From the NCBI RefSeq assembly GCF_009914755.1, contig NC_060944.1: a stretch of DNA of 64,000 nt. One strand, 5' to 3'. A program made the position numbers and the translations under genes. A model generated the notes under the pieces. It saw only the letters and a list, made by a program, of their open reading frames with translations, did no database searches and was not told where the DNA came from. Of this stretch, positions 1 through 12,107 are shown piece by piece; position 1 is the first letter of the stretch; each line of letters starts with the position of its first letter. This DNA comes from the human T2T-CHM13v2.0 reference genome, Homo sapiens.

Positions 1-3000
1 TTTGCACCCGAGTTCTTCAACTCCAGCGTCCGCCGGGCGACAGTGAGGGGAGGGGAGGGTTCACTGTGGTTGGTGGTTGGGAGACGCCAGGCAGATGTGG
101 CCTCCTGAGGTCTGGAAAGCATCAGAACCCCCTGGCTCCCTTGAGGACAGTGGGGCTCTCACGAACTGGGGACCCGCTCATGCCCAGCCATGCTTAGCAG
201 CCACGGAACTTCTCAGGGTGGTTCTGGGCAGGGCCCAGAGCACTGTTGCTGGAGCCTGAAACAAGCCTTCGGGTGGGGAGGCCCCGCAGATCCCTGACAC
301 ACTTCAGAGAGGAAGCCCAGTGCCTCACGGGCTCCCTGATCCCACGGCGGCTCCCCAGCCAACAGCGAGGGACTGAGGCCCCGGTCAGCAGCCACCATCA
401 GCCCCGACTCCAGACCCACAGCCAGAGAGACACGCCCACCAGACGGCACAGAGATAACCAGCCACAGACATGAGAGCCCACCGCGCCCGTCTGCCTGGCC
501 TGGACACGCGGATCGCTTGGCTGCCCCTCCCCACCCCATCCCCCAGGCAGCAGGTGACCGCCCAGACCATCTGTGCCCACTCAGCAGACCATCTGTCCCC
601 ACTCAGGCGTCTCTGAGAGAAAGAAAGAAGCCCCTGGGTGTTGTGCCCGCTCGGGGAAGCAGAGACGGAGTGGCCGAGATCCCCCGAGTCCCGAGGCGTC
701 GCGTGCTTGGGGACGTCAGGAGCCGATGGTACAGGCTCGCTCAGGACCCCAGTCCTGAGTCCACACCCCTGCACTGCCTGAGGCCAACACACCGTGCCCA
801 TGGGGGCCAGGGGTGCTCAGAGTCCTGGTGCTGTGGGTGCCTCTGTCCCAACGGCCTCTGGTCCCCATCCCAACAACAAAAGCACAGGTGGTCGGGGAGA
901 ACCGGACGGGGGCCAGGGGAGCACATGGGCACAGGCTCAGCGGGACTCCTGGAATGTTCTCTCTTTCTCCACCGCACGAGCCATTTCAAAGGCAAGAATA
1001 GGCCCCTCCTGACCCCGCTCAGGCAGGCCTCAGGGCAAGTGGGAGTCACTGGAAGACTCAATTCCTCTCTCTGCGTTTCCACCCGAGGCAGGTCCAGTCA
1101 CCAGAGAGAGAAGCAGCCACCTCCTTTCTCACGGCAGCTGGCAAAGCACCGGGTGGAGGACAGAGCCGGTCGGCCCAACTGTAGCTTCGGGGCTGCCCTT
1201 GGCTGGTCTCTGGGCAGAGCCCGGTGCTGAGGGCTTGCAGTGGGAAAGGCACAGCTTGAGGAATGGGCATCAGATTCCCACCTGCGGCCCCGGAGGGGAA
1301 CGGGTCAAATACCCAGGCGGCCACACAGACGTGCGGGCCAGGAAGGGTCAGGCCCCACAGTCCGCAGGGAGTTGCAGGAAGGGAGTGGCGTGGATTCCAC
1401 AGGCCCCAGGAGAGAAGACCCAGCCCCGACGTCTGCTTCCCATTTTTCAGGGGGGACCCCCCGCTGACCACGACAAGGAGCCACAGCCCCGCCAGCGGCA
1501 GACACACCCTGCTGGACCCGATGCCCAGCACAGCCCCAGGGGCCGCCGGGACGCAGCCCACGTGTACTGCCCCAGACAGAGCCGGCGGGAAGGAGCCTGC
1601 CCTGGCCTCGGCGCGGCCCTGCTGTCCCGGGTCTCGGGCTCCGCTCCCACCTCAGATCTGCGAGGGAGGCTCTGCCAGGAAGAGGAGGGTGGCGCGACCT
1701 GGACATGTCCTTCCCTCCCCTGGACCTCCACCATGACCCAAACTCTGCACCCTCCAAGCACAGCTGGTGAGGCTCCATGCTGCAGACACCCGACCCCGCC
1801 AGCCTGCCTCAGCTGCCAGGAGCACGCGTGGTCTCGCAGGCCCTCCCTCGGCCACAAGCCAAGAACAAGCGCACGCGAAAAGCTGCCGCCACCCACCTGG
1901 GAGGAGCCCTCGGCCAGAGCTGCCCTCTGTGTGCGAGGGGCGTCCGTGGCACCTACGCTTGGGGCTTACGGGGCCGGGGCAGGCTCAAGAAGCACCTGAG
2001 AGCGCGCCATCCCCACCCGGCCTGCCACCCTCCCTCCCAATGGTGAAATTCAGATGTGCGGTGCCCGCAGGAAACAGGAGGCTGAGGAGCATCCAGACCC
2101 CTGCCCAGCTGGTGTCCGGACCAACGACGCCCAGGAAGCGTGAGGATGAAGGGGCCTCCCGTGGGGGCTGCTCGCAGCAGGACAGGGCCTGCCCTGGGTT
2201 GTTCTCTGGCCTGGGCTCCCACCCCCACTTTCAAACCCCTCTGGTCCCCAAGCAGCCTGACCTCAGCCCCTGCCCTGAGGGACCAGCCTGCGGCCAGAAG
2301 CACCCTGAATAGATGCTCCGGACACGCAGGACAGCTGCTAGCGCCCCAGCAGGCCATGCCCCAGGCAGCCCACACGCCCGTCTCCCTCTCTGGAGCTGCC
2401 AACAGTCTCCCCGCAAGCACCAACGCCCCCAGAAGCACACAAGCAGCAAAGTCACAGGGAGAGGGTGGCATGGAGTCGCGGGCCCCCCATGGAGCAGGGT
2501 CCGAAGCATGCACGGATGCAGATAGGCAGCATGCAGCCCCACCAGCCCTCCAAGGCCAGCACCACCGGCGGCATGCACATGCCAAGGAGAGCCCCACAGG
2601 AGCACGACACAGCCACCTCCACCTTGCTGGGCTGTGCTGGCCAGGAGGGAGGGGCCCCCAGCGCAGGCCTGCACACACCCAACAGCAGACAGGGGACGCG
2701 GGGACAGGGGAGGTGCGGGTCACGGTGCAGGCCAGGAGCCCACGGTGCAAAGGGGGCGGCTCCTCCCCCGTCCTATTTCCACCTGCCCTAAACCAGGCCT
2801 GTTGTTGGGAGAGGGAGCCGCGGGCCTCTGGCTTTCTGGGGCTTCTGATGCATCAGGACCCTGAGGAGCCCGGCACACACAGACGGAGCTGCCTCCCGCG
2901 GGCGAGGCAGCCAGGAAGGCTCAGTCATCCTCAGGTACGCAGCAGAGGTGCTAGAGTGACAGCCCCAGGGGAAACGCTCCCTGAAGAGCAGTCGGGGACC

Positions 3001-3290
3001 CCAGGAGGCACGGACGCCTTGCTGGGTTCAGAGCCCCTGGCTGGCCCCTCTGGCTGTGCGCAGGACATCGCCTGGCGTGGGGAGCAAGAAGAAGCACCTT
3101 CCCCCAGCTCCGCCCTGCACGCAGCTGTCGGCTAGAATAGAGGGAGCTGAGCCCGCACCGCCAGGGCGGTGGGTCAGAATTGGGGTTGGGGCGCCAGCCT
3201 CCCCCTGGCTCCTCCAGAACCTCTAGTAAGCAGGGAGGGGCAGAGGAGCCGTGCAGCAGCCGTCAGTCCGTGCGGCGTGTTCCGCGGTAC

Positions 3291-3344
3291 CTAGAGCGTC
3301 CGGGGCAGCATCCACACAGGGGCCCTCTGCACGGGCTGCCTTTA
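3291..3344 (-). CDS. KCNQ2: KCNQ2 exon 12, 54-nt cassette exon
   Basis: KGSPCRGPLCGCCPGRS; branch ACTAAC at 3370-3365; acceptor ccag; weak donor gtaccg. Confidence 0.95.
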
Positions 3345-6300
3345 CTGGAAATGAGGAGAGCACAGTTAGTCCTGGGCGCCGGCAACAGCACACGGCCGGG
3401 AGCAGGGAAACTGAGGCACTGCAACCACCCAGGGTGTTGTGTGCAGTCCCCAGCGGCAGAGCTTGCGCCCAAGCAAGGCCAGCGAGGAAGGTGCACCATC
3501 GTCTCCACCGTCCGGAGAAGAAAACACTTCCCTATTTCTGAAGGAAAAAAATCCCTGTTTTTTTTTTCCTCCAAAAATACCTTTTCCTTCCAAAGCCACA
3601 GTTTGGGTTCATGTCTTAAAAGATGTATTATTTTTTGCAGTATTCATGCTGACAAAACAATAATACATGTGGCCTCAGACGCCGCAGAAGCCCTGCTTGG
3701 GAAGGACGTGACCCCGGGAAAGGGCGTGGGTGTGAAGCACACACATTTGAGAGAGGAAAACGTGCAGTTGTCCCGCTTTGCAAACCAATCGGCGACGTTT
3801 GGCCATGCCAGCCAGTCCCCCAGTTGGAGGTGGGTCTCGGTTTACCCAGGAGGCGTGGCTGCCACTGCAGGCATGGCTATCTGGGGGTTCAAGGGCTCCC
3901 CTGAGGACAGTCACGTTGGGGCTCAGTGGATCCCCTCATTGTGAAGCCCTTCAGGAGCGCAGCTCCCCGCCGGGGCGTTCCTTAGAAAAGGCTCAGAAAA
4001 CACGGAACGTTTTCCCAAGAATCTCCCCAAAAACCCTGGCGATTTAGCTCTGCATCACAATGTGCAAATGATTAAGCAAAAAATGAAACCAATCACCAAG
4101 AACTCAAGAACTCTTCCTTTTCCCCACCCCAGCCACCCCCAACCTCCTTGCCACTGCTTCCTGAGACAGCACTTCTCAAACTCGGTGCCCCAGGAACCCC
4201 AGCGTGGCGACGGCATCCACTCAGAACACACAGGCTCTAGGAAGAAAGCACCCAGCCTCCCGTCTTCCTGCGCACACGTGTGTTTAGACACCGATGTCCC
4301 TGCACGCACCCGCAGGCAGCTCTCCGAGCGGCGTCACAGACACGGCTAGCTCCAGTCACGGCAGCACTCAGCCGCCCGGGTAGGCTGAGGGCTCTGGACC
4401 CTTCCCCAAGCCCCACCAGCCTGCAAGACTCCAAGGGCGGGTGGCCGGCTTCCACCCCAGCCCCCGTGCCGGTCCGGCTTTTTAGTACACAAGCGACTTT
4501 GGGGTCCCCAGGCACGAAGGGATGTAGTGCAAAGGCTGGACTCTGTTTGCTGGTTAACCACGAACGCGACGGTGGGACGAGGCAGGAGGGAGCCGGCTCC
4601 CTGCGCCTGGCTTGAGGTTCTGGCTGCTCAGAGTCTCTCCCGCTGTGACCACCCCAGCTACGATGACACCCAGGCCTTCCTGGCAGGCAAAGACCTCAGA
4701 CTCCCACCAGCACCACCCAGGCCCAAGCACAGAGCCCCTGCCTGGAGGGCCCCAGGAGACCTTCCCCACCCCAGGGAAAGAGCATGAAGGAGGCAGGGTC
4801 CCGCTTCCCCAAACCTCCCAAGGTCTCCTGTTTTGACCCCAGCATGATCGCCTTGACCAAGAGGCCCCTCCCGGGCCGGCCCTGCCGCCCGATTCTGCAA
4901 TGGGATCGTCCTGTAGCCACACTGAAGCTCCGGCTGTCGCCACCAGGCACCTGAGACTCGAGAGTGAATCTCTAACCGTGCCCGTTATAATCCATGTTAT
5001 TTTAACAGCCACATGTGGCTGGCAGCTCCTGTATGGGGCAACGTGGTCTGAGAGCCGGGGAGAGCTGGCAGGGAGGCGCTGCAGGCACAGCCCCCCAAGA
5101 CCCCCAAAGCTTTGTGGGGGACCCGTGCAGCTGCACCTCCCCCTGGGGTCCGCAGCTGGCACTGGGCTTCCTTCCTGCCCCATCAGCCACAGGGAGCTCC
5201 ACACTGCGTGAGAAGGCCCTGTGACCCGAGGTCGGACAGGCGGACAGGCCCACAGTGAGCTCGAGACCCACAGACACTGACCGAGACCCGACAGGACAGA
5301 CATGCACCAAAAACACGCGGACACGTGTGCTTGAGAAGAGGAGGGGGAGCCCGAACAGGCACGGGGGAGCCCGCACAGGCATGAGGGGGCAGCCGGTGTT
5401 GGGGGCTCCTCCTCCAGCACGGGGGCAGGAGGCAGTGAGATGGGGTGTCGGACAAGACAGCACAAGTCAGAACCGCCGTGGCCAAAGAGACCCCCCGGGA
5501 CCCCCCTGGGGCAGCACGGCCCGAGCCCCGCAGCCTGCCTGGCTCCCCACCCGACCCCAACGTAGACGCTTCCTCTGACTCCAGCACAGCCCCAGTGGTC
5601 CCTACGGGAACCGAGCCCCCGCCAGCCGGGTCGCCTGCCACCACGTGCCTGTGTTCTGAGCCAGGATGGGGGTGGGGGTCTCAGCAGTGAGTGAGGGTCC
5701 CTGTGTCCACACCATCCACCTGCCAAGACCAGCTGACACCAGCGGGGTCCTGCCATGCGGGGTGCGGGCTCCACCTCCAAAGGGCAGGCGGAGGCACAGG
5801 TCCCACCAGACTCACAGAGCCCAGGTCAGGCAGCAGAGGGGCGCCAGGAGCCGAGCTCCCCATCAAGCTTCGCAGAGCAGGCCCCTCACCCAGCAGCCCA
5901 GGGACGTGGCAGGCAATGATTGCGGAACAACTTCCTAAGCACGACCCTACACTGGACAGGCTGCGGCTGCCCCAGGCCAGGGAACAGAGATGCCACCCCG
6001 TGACCTGCCAGGTGAGCACCCCAGGATGGGCGGGGAGGGTCTTCAAGGGCAGAGACTGCTCCTCACTCCCACCGCACCCCAGGCACCTTCCAGAAGCCCC
6101 AGACCCAGCAGCCCCACGTCCCCCACCACAGGCGTCCCAGGAGGAGGGCCGGGGCGGGTGGGTGCTCGCCCGTGGGGGAGGGCGTGGGAGGCACAGGCAA
6201 GGACCCCCCGGACACATGGGGAAGAGACGGGGGAGGGGTGGGGAGCCACAGAGCTTACCGGAGAGCCCGGAGGCTCCCGCGTGTCCTCACCTGGAGTTCG

Positions 6301-7848
6301 CCTTCAGGGCCAGCACCTCATCCCCAAAGAGAGGGCAGACGAGAGAGGGGCCCGAGAAGGGCAGTAACAGGGATTAAAGCACTTGGGGGCAGCGGGTGTC
6401 CAGATGGGTGGAGTGGAGGGTGGGAGGGAGAGAGAGAAAGAGAGAGGCTGAGACGAGAACGTGGAGCGGGCCGGGCTGGGGCAGCGAGCACGAGGGGCCG
6501 TGAGGCACGGGGCGGGTTCCGGCGTCGCTCCCAGCAAGGGCGTGGGGCCCTGCCACGCGGAAGCCGTCGGGAAGCCTCGCGTCCACCTGGGACAGCACCG
6601 AGGTTCCGCCCAAATCACAGCCAAGGGTGCCCATTGTGGGGGGCACAGTGCTCATCCCCACAGCCACTCCCAGCCTCAGGGCCAGCAGCAGGGGCGGGGG
6701 AGGCAGTGGCAGCACTGGGGGCTGGCACCAGCAGAGGCTACGCTGCCGACCCAGCTCTTTCTGGGCCCTCGTCCGTTTTCTTAGCCTCTTTGAGAGGATG
6801 AATGAGCCCCTGGTGGTTTTCTTGGTTGGTGTGGGCCGGAAGCATTGCCCGTCTTTCCAGCTCAAGGCACTGACCATGACTCCCCTTCTGTGGGATGTGG
6901 GGTGGCTGGAAAAATGCAGCTCAGCCCCACTCCATCTCCCCGCACCCAAGCCCCGCAGTGTCTCGCCAGCTGTCACCCGCAGTCCAGGAGGGGCAGCCAG
7001 GCGTCCATCTCGGACCCCAGGTCCAAGGGGCCAGATTTACTCTGCAACATGTGGATGGGGCACAGGGGGCCCAGAGAAGCCTAGCACCTCCTCAGGGTGA
7101 TGTGTCGGGGGCTGGGGCTCAGCAGACGTAGAATTAACTTGTGAAAGGATCTTGATTTTCTCTGTCTCCATCCTTCACCCCAGCAGAGCCCTTACACGAG
7201 TCCTGTCTCCAATCTGCCCGACCCACAGAACCTCGGGGCCCGGGAGAGGGAACCAGGCTAAGCACCTGCACCCTTGGCCCACTTTGACCTTGGCAAACAG
7301 GGAGAGGAGGCCAGCCAGAATCTCCACCCAGGGGCGTGAGACAGAGAGGATGTCCCACCCTCCTCGGAGGACGAGGGGCCCTGGTCTGTGCCACATGCTC
7401 CAGACACTCTGGACCCAGAGCAGCGGGAAGGCCAGAGGCCCACTTGGAGCTTTCACCCCAGCCGGCGTCGACTCAGGCCAGCTGTGAGCTCGGGCTATGT
7501 GCCTGCAGCTGGAGGGAGCGCACTAACAGAGACCCCCTGCCTCCGAGAACCCTGGGGCCAGACTTGTGGGCGGGGTGGGGGATCCCCCACCCCCGAGAAG
7601 CCGCCCAGCTGCCCGGATCCACAGTGCTGCAAAGTAAAACCGAATCACTGGGGAGGGGGTGAGCAGGAAGAGTGATTTAAGGGCCCACATCACCGCCAGG
7701 CGGGGGTCTGGACCCGCAGTCACACAGTCACACACGGAAGCACACACAAGGCCCTCACATCTCCATGACAGGTTGCGCACACGTGTGGGAGAGAGACCAG
7801 ACGGCCGTGCACACGGCAGACACCAGGGTAGCAGCAGGGGGCACTGAC

Positions 7849-7878
7849 CTTGGAGACGGCTCCGGCGGGGGGTCCTTC
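7849..7878 (-). CDS. KCNQ2: KCNQ2 exon 11, 30-nt microexon
   Basis: GAAGGACCCCCCGCCGGAGCCGTCTCCAAG = KDPPPEPSP; branch CTAAC at 7905-7901; aag / gtcagt boundaries. Confidence 0.95.
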
Positions 7879-9012
7879 CTTCAAACAGAAGCAACAGAGA
7901 GTTAGTGGCCGCCCACTCAGCACCCATGAGGGTCCCCCAACCAGTCCAGCCCCCCACAGTCCCATGGGTCAGGGGCTGCAGGGGAGGGGGGTCTCAGAAA
8001 AGGCTGGGCAGGGGTGGAGCTGGCCCACCCACCCCAGAGAGCCCACGGCCCCAGGAACGGGCACCCCAGGGCCCACGGAGGCAGCTCCGAGAGGGAAGAG
8101 GGACTCCATGGGGCGGGGGCCTCTGCTCTTCTGACCTGGGGGTCTCTACCCCTCCACATTTACAGACACTCATTTTAATCAGAACCACACCAATATTAAT
8201 AAAGTTCCAAAAAGCACGTGTTTGCTGAAGGAAGCTCTGGAAGGGAGTTTAATTTACAATCAATTTTCGAGACAGAGTGAGCTGCTCCGACTCTTTTTTC
8301 CACGCTCATCCTAATGGAATGATTCTCTTCCGCGTGACTTTCCAGGGGTGGCTCCACTGCGCCACAGTCAGTGAGCCCAGGGTTTGCACCGCTGACCAAC
8401 TGTCCCGGCCTCGTCCTGCAGGCAAAGCTGTCTGGGCCTTCCGGCGTCTCATCTGGGGCTGTTTCCGCGGGTAAAGGCGTTATGGATTGAGTGAGAGATC
8501 GGCGGATCGTGATTTGGCTCATCCATGGGGAGGCCCCAGCGATCTCATTCGAACACCTGGGCTGGTGCCCCGGCTGGTACGCCGTGTTACAAGCAGGCTC
8601 TTTGGTGCACTTCCAAATACTTCATGTGACAGGGACCGTGTTGCCGTGGAACATGGTCCACGCTCTCGGGGAGGGTCCCTCATCACCTCCTGCAGCTCCC
8701 GGTGGCCCAGGTGTCCTTGGCTTGTGGCTGCACCGCCCCGTCTCTGCCTCCGTCTCTACACGACATTCTCTGTGTCTCTGTGTCTTCTCCTCCTCTACCT
8801 CTGTAAGGACAGCTGTCACCGGGCTAGGGCTCAAGCTGTCACCAGGCTCATCAGGATGTTCCAGGATGACCTCATCTCAAGATCCCAAGCTCAGTTACAG
8901 CTGCAAGGACCCTTTCTCCAAATCAGGTCACATTTGCAAATTCTGGGACATTTTGGAGACCAGCATTCAACCACTGCATTCCCCCGACCCCCCAAAATTC
9001 ATGTCCATCTTA

Positions 9013-9462
<450 letters not shown>

Positions 9463-10610
9463 TTAAATCAGGTATGTGTGAGACCGTGGGTGTGCGCCAA
9501 CCTGGGGCTAAAGTCCTCCATGCATGGGCTTGTGAACTAGAAAACAAGCCATCTGCTTAAAGTATCAACAGCAGGACAGCTCTTCCCACTCAAAAAGGGA
9601 GAATGACAGAGGGGCCGCCGGCCACCACGTTTCCAATCCGGCGGGGCAAACTCCACGTGGCACAGCTCTGGGGACGCTCCTCGGGGGCTCTCAGCCCCGC
9701 CGGCCTCTGCGGGAGCCTCGGGATCGTTCCCCGTTTCCTAAAGGGCAGCTCGTGTTCACAGCTGAGGAGCGCCACCGGCCTGTTTCCTGCCTGCAGACTC
9801 CCGAAGTTCGATGCCCTCTTACCTTCGTCCAACGCTGTCTCTGCCAATCTAGTTTCTGCTGGTATGAAACTCCCCAAAACCTCTAGGGCCTCCTGAATAT
9901 GCCACAGGCCGCAACGCCGTTAGACAAGAGGCCCCTCTGCACATCCTTCCCGATAGCTCCATCTTCAGGCCTCTGTGGAGACGGTGGAGGCTGCAGCCGC
10001 ACACCTGGTGCCTTCAGCATGAGGCTGTCTGGCCACACCTGTGGGCTTCTCTCCAAAGCAGGCTTTGCCAACAGTGAATCTCCTAATTTAAGACCCTTTG
10101 CAAGCTGGACAGGCTGAGCACCTCCCAAACCTTCAAGTTCTGGTTTCTTACAGCAGTTCTGCCCTGAATGCCTTTTTTTTTTTTTTTAATAGTCTTTTGG
10201 CGGATCGGCCAGGTGCTGCTCTGAATCTCCCTGTTTCCTCTCATACTTTACTATGAGCAGCAGAAATAAATTAGGCTGCACCTTCCACACTTTGCTTGGA
10301 AATCTTCTTGGCTAAATATCCCAGTTCATCACTTAAAAATTCTGCCTCTGCCCAACAGTAGCGCACAGCCCAGTGGAGTCTCTGCCACCAACAACACAAG
10401 GACAGCCTTCCCTCCAGCTTCCAACACCTGCATCCTCACTTCCTCCTGAGCCCGCACCAGAAGCACCTTCAACATCCGTGTCCCCACCCACCATCTCTTC
10501 AGGACACCTCAGTTTCTTCCAGCCTGCACCTCAAAATACTCACGTCCAAAATCTCATCCAAATCCCATCAGTTCAAAAAGTCCCAAATTTCATCATCTGA
10601 AGTCATCAGA

Positions 10611-11009
<399 letters not shown>

Positions 11010-12038
11010 CTAGGAAACGAGCCCTTGGCTCACCCGGTTCTGATGTCACACCCGCGCTTGTAGGCGTTTGCCACAGCCGCACGCGGCTCCCGGTATTAAA
11101 GTCTGGATTCATGTGCAACGGCTCCTGTAACTAAGTGCCGCTGGAGTGTGTAACAACAGATGTTTGTTCTTTCACAGTCCTAGACGCCAGAGTCCAAAAT
11201 CAAGGTGCGGGCGGGGCCTGCTCCCTCCGAAAGCTCCAGGGAAGGGTCCTTTCTGCCTCTTCCAGCTTCTGTGGCTCCAGGCAGCCCTTGGCTTGTGGCC
11301 GCATCACTTCAGTCTCTCTCTCCATCCTAGCTGGCTATCACCTCTGTGTGCTTCCAAATCTCCCTCTCCTTGTAAGGACACTCGTTGTTGGACTCAGGGC
11401 CCGCCCGGAAAATCCAGGATGATCTGAGATCGTCCTGATAGGTTCCAGAGCAGAAGAGTGTCTCTAGGAGGCAGAAACCAGCATCCAACCCACTGGAAGC
11501 CCCTGCCCCACCAAGGGCTTTCAGACATGGAACTGCTTGGGGACGGCTCTGGGCCTGGGCAGGCCTGGCAGGTGCATTCGCCTTCCACCTCTCCTGCTCA
11601 GCAGGCCCTTCTGCAACCTACCTCGACAGCCGGCACTCTGACAGCCGTGGGCTTTGGGCCTGAAGGAGAGGCAGCAGGCGCCATCAGCACCTGAGTTACC
11701 ACCAGGCACTCGAGAGGACGACGGGCTGGGACACTTTGTCGTACGACCCACGCGCCTGGGCCCCATTAGGAGCCATGCAGAGCCCCCGGCCCCATATCAA
11801 CCTTCGCCCCTCCCTCTCTGCCCGTCCCCCGAACCAGCTGCCCCTCTGGGGGTGGGAGCCCAGACCAGGTCAGCAGACGCGAAAAGAGAAAGCACCACCA
11901 TCACCAAGTCCAGCGTCCCCGCGCGTCCCAGCTCCCTGGAGTCCCTGGGGCACTGTCCTGGCGTGTCTTCTGTGGGCAGCTGGGGCCCCCAGGAGGACTG
12001 AGACGCCCACCCGCCCCACCTGGAGCTCCCCAGCTGAC

Positions 12039-12107
12039 CTGAAAGCGAGTCCAGATTTACTCTTGAGGTTCCTCAGCAGCTCCAGCTGGTTCAGCGGGGG
12101 GATAAGT
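12039..12107 (-). CDS. KCNQ2: KCNQ2 exon 10 (69 nt)
   Basis: [22 protein letters not shown]; ccag / gtcagc boundaries. Confidence 0.97.

Noticed and set aside
2509-3273. Possible RNA bridge between the RBFOX cluster and the exon 12 donor region (GCACGGA / TCCGTGC)
   Set aside because: Only 7-nt complementarity, expected by chance in GC-rich sequence
4554-5780. 408-aa ORF and similar GC-rich ORFs (for example 2140-3135 and 44497-45789)
   Set aside because: No recognisable domain, mostly non-ATG starts, expected at this GC content within KCNQ2 introns
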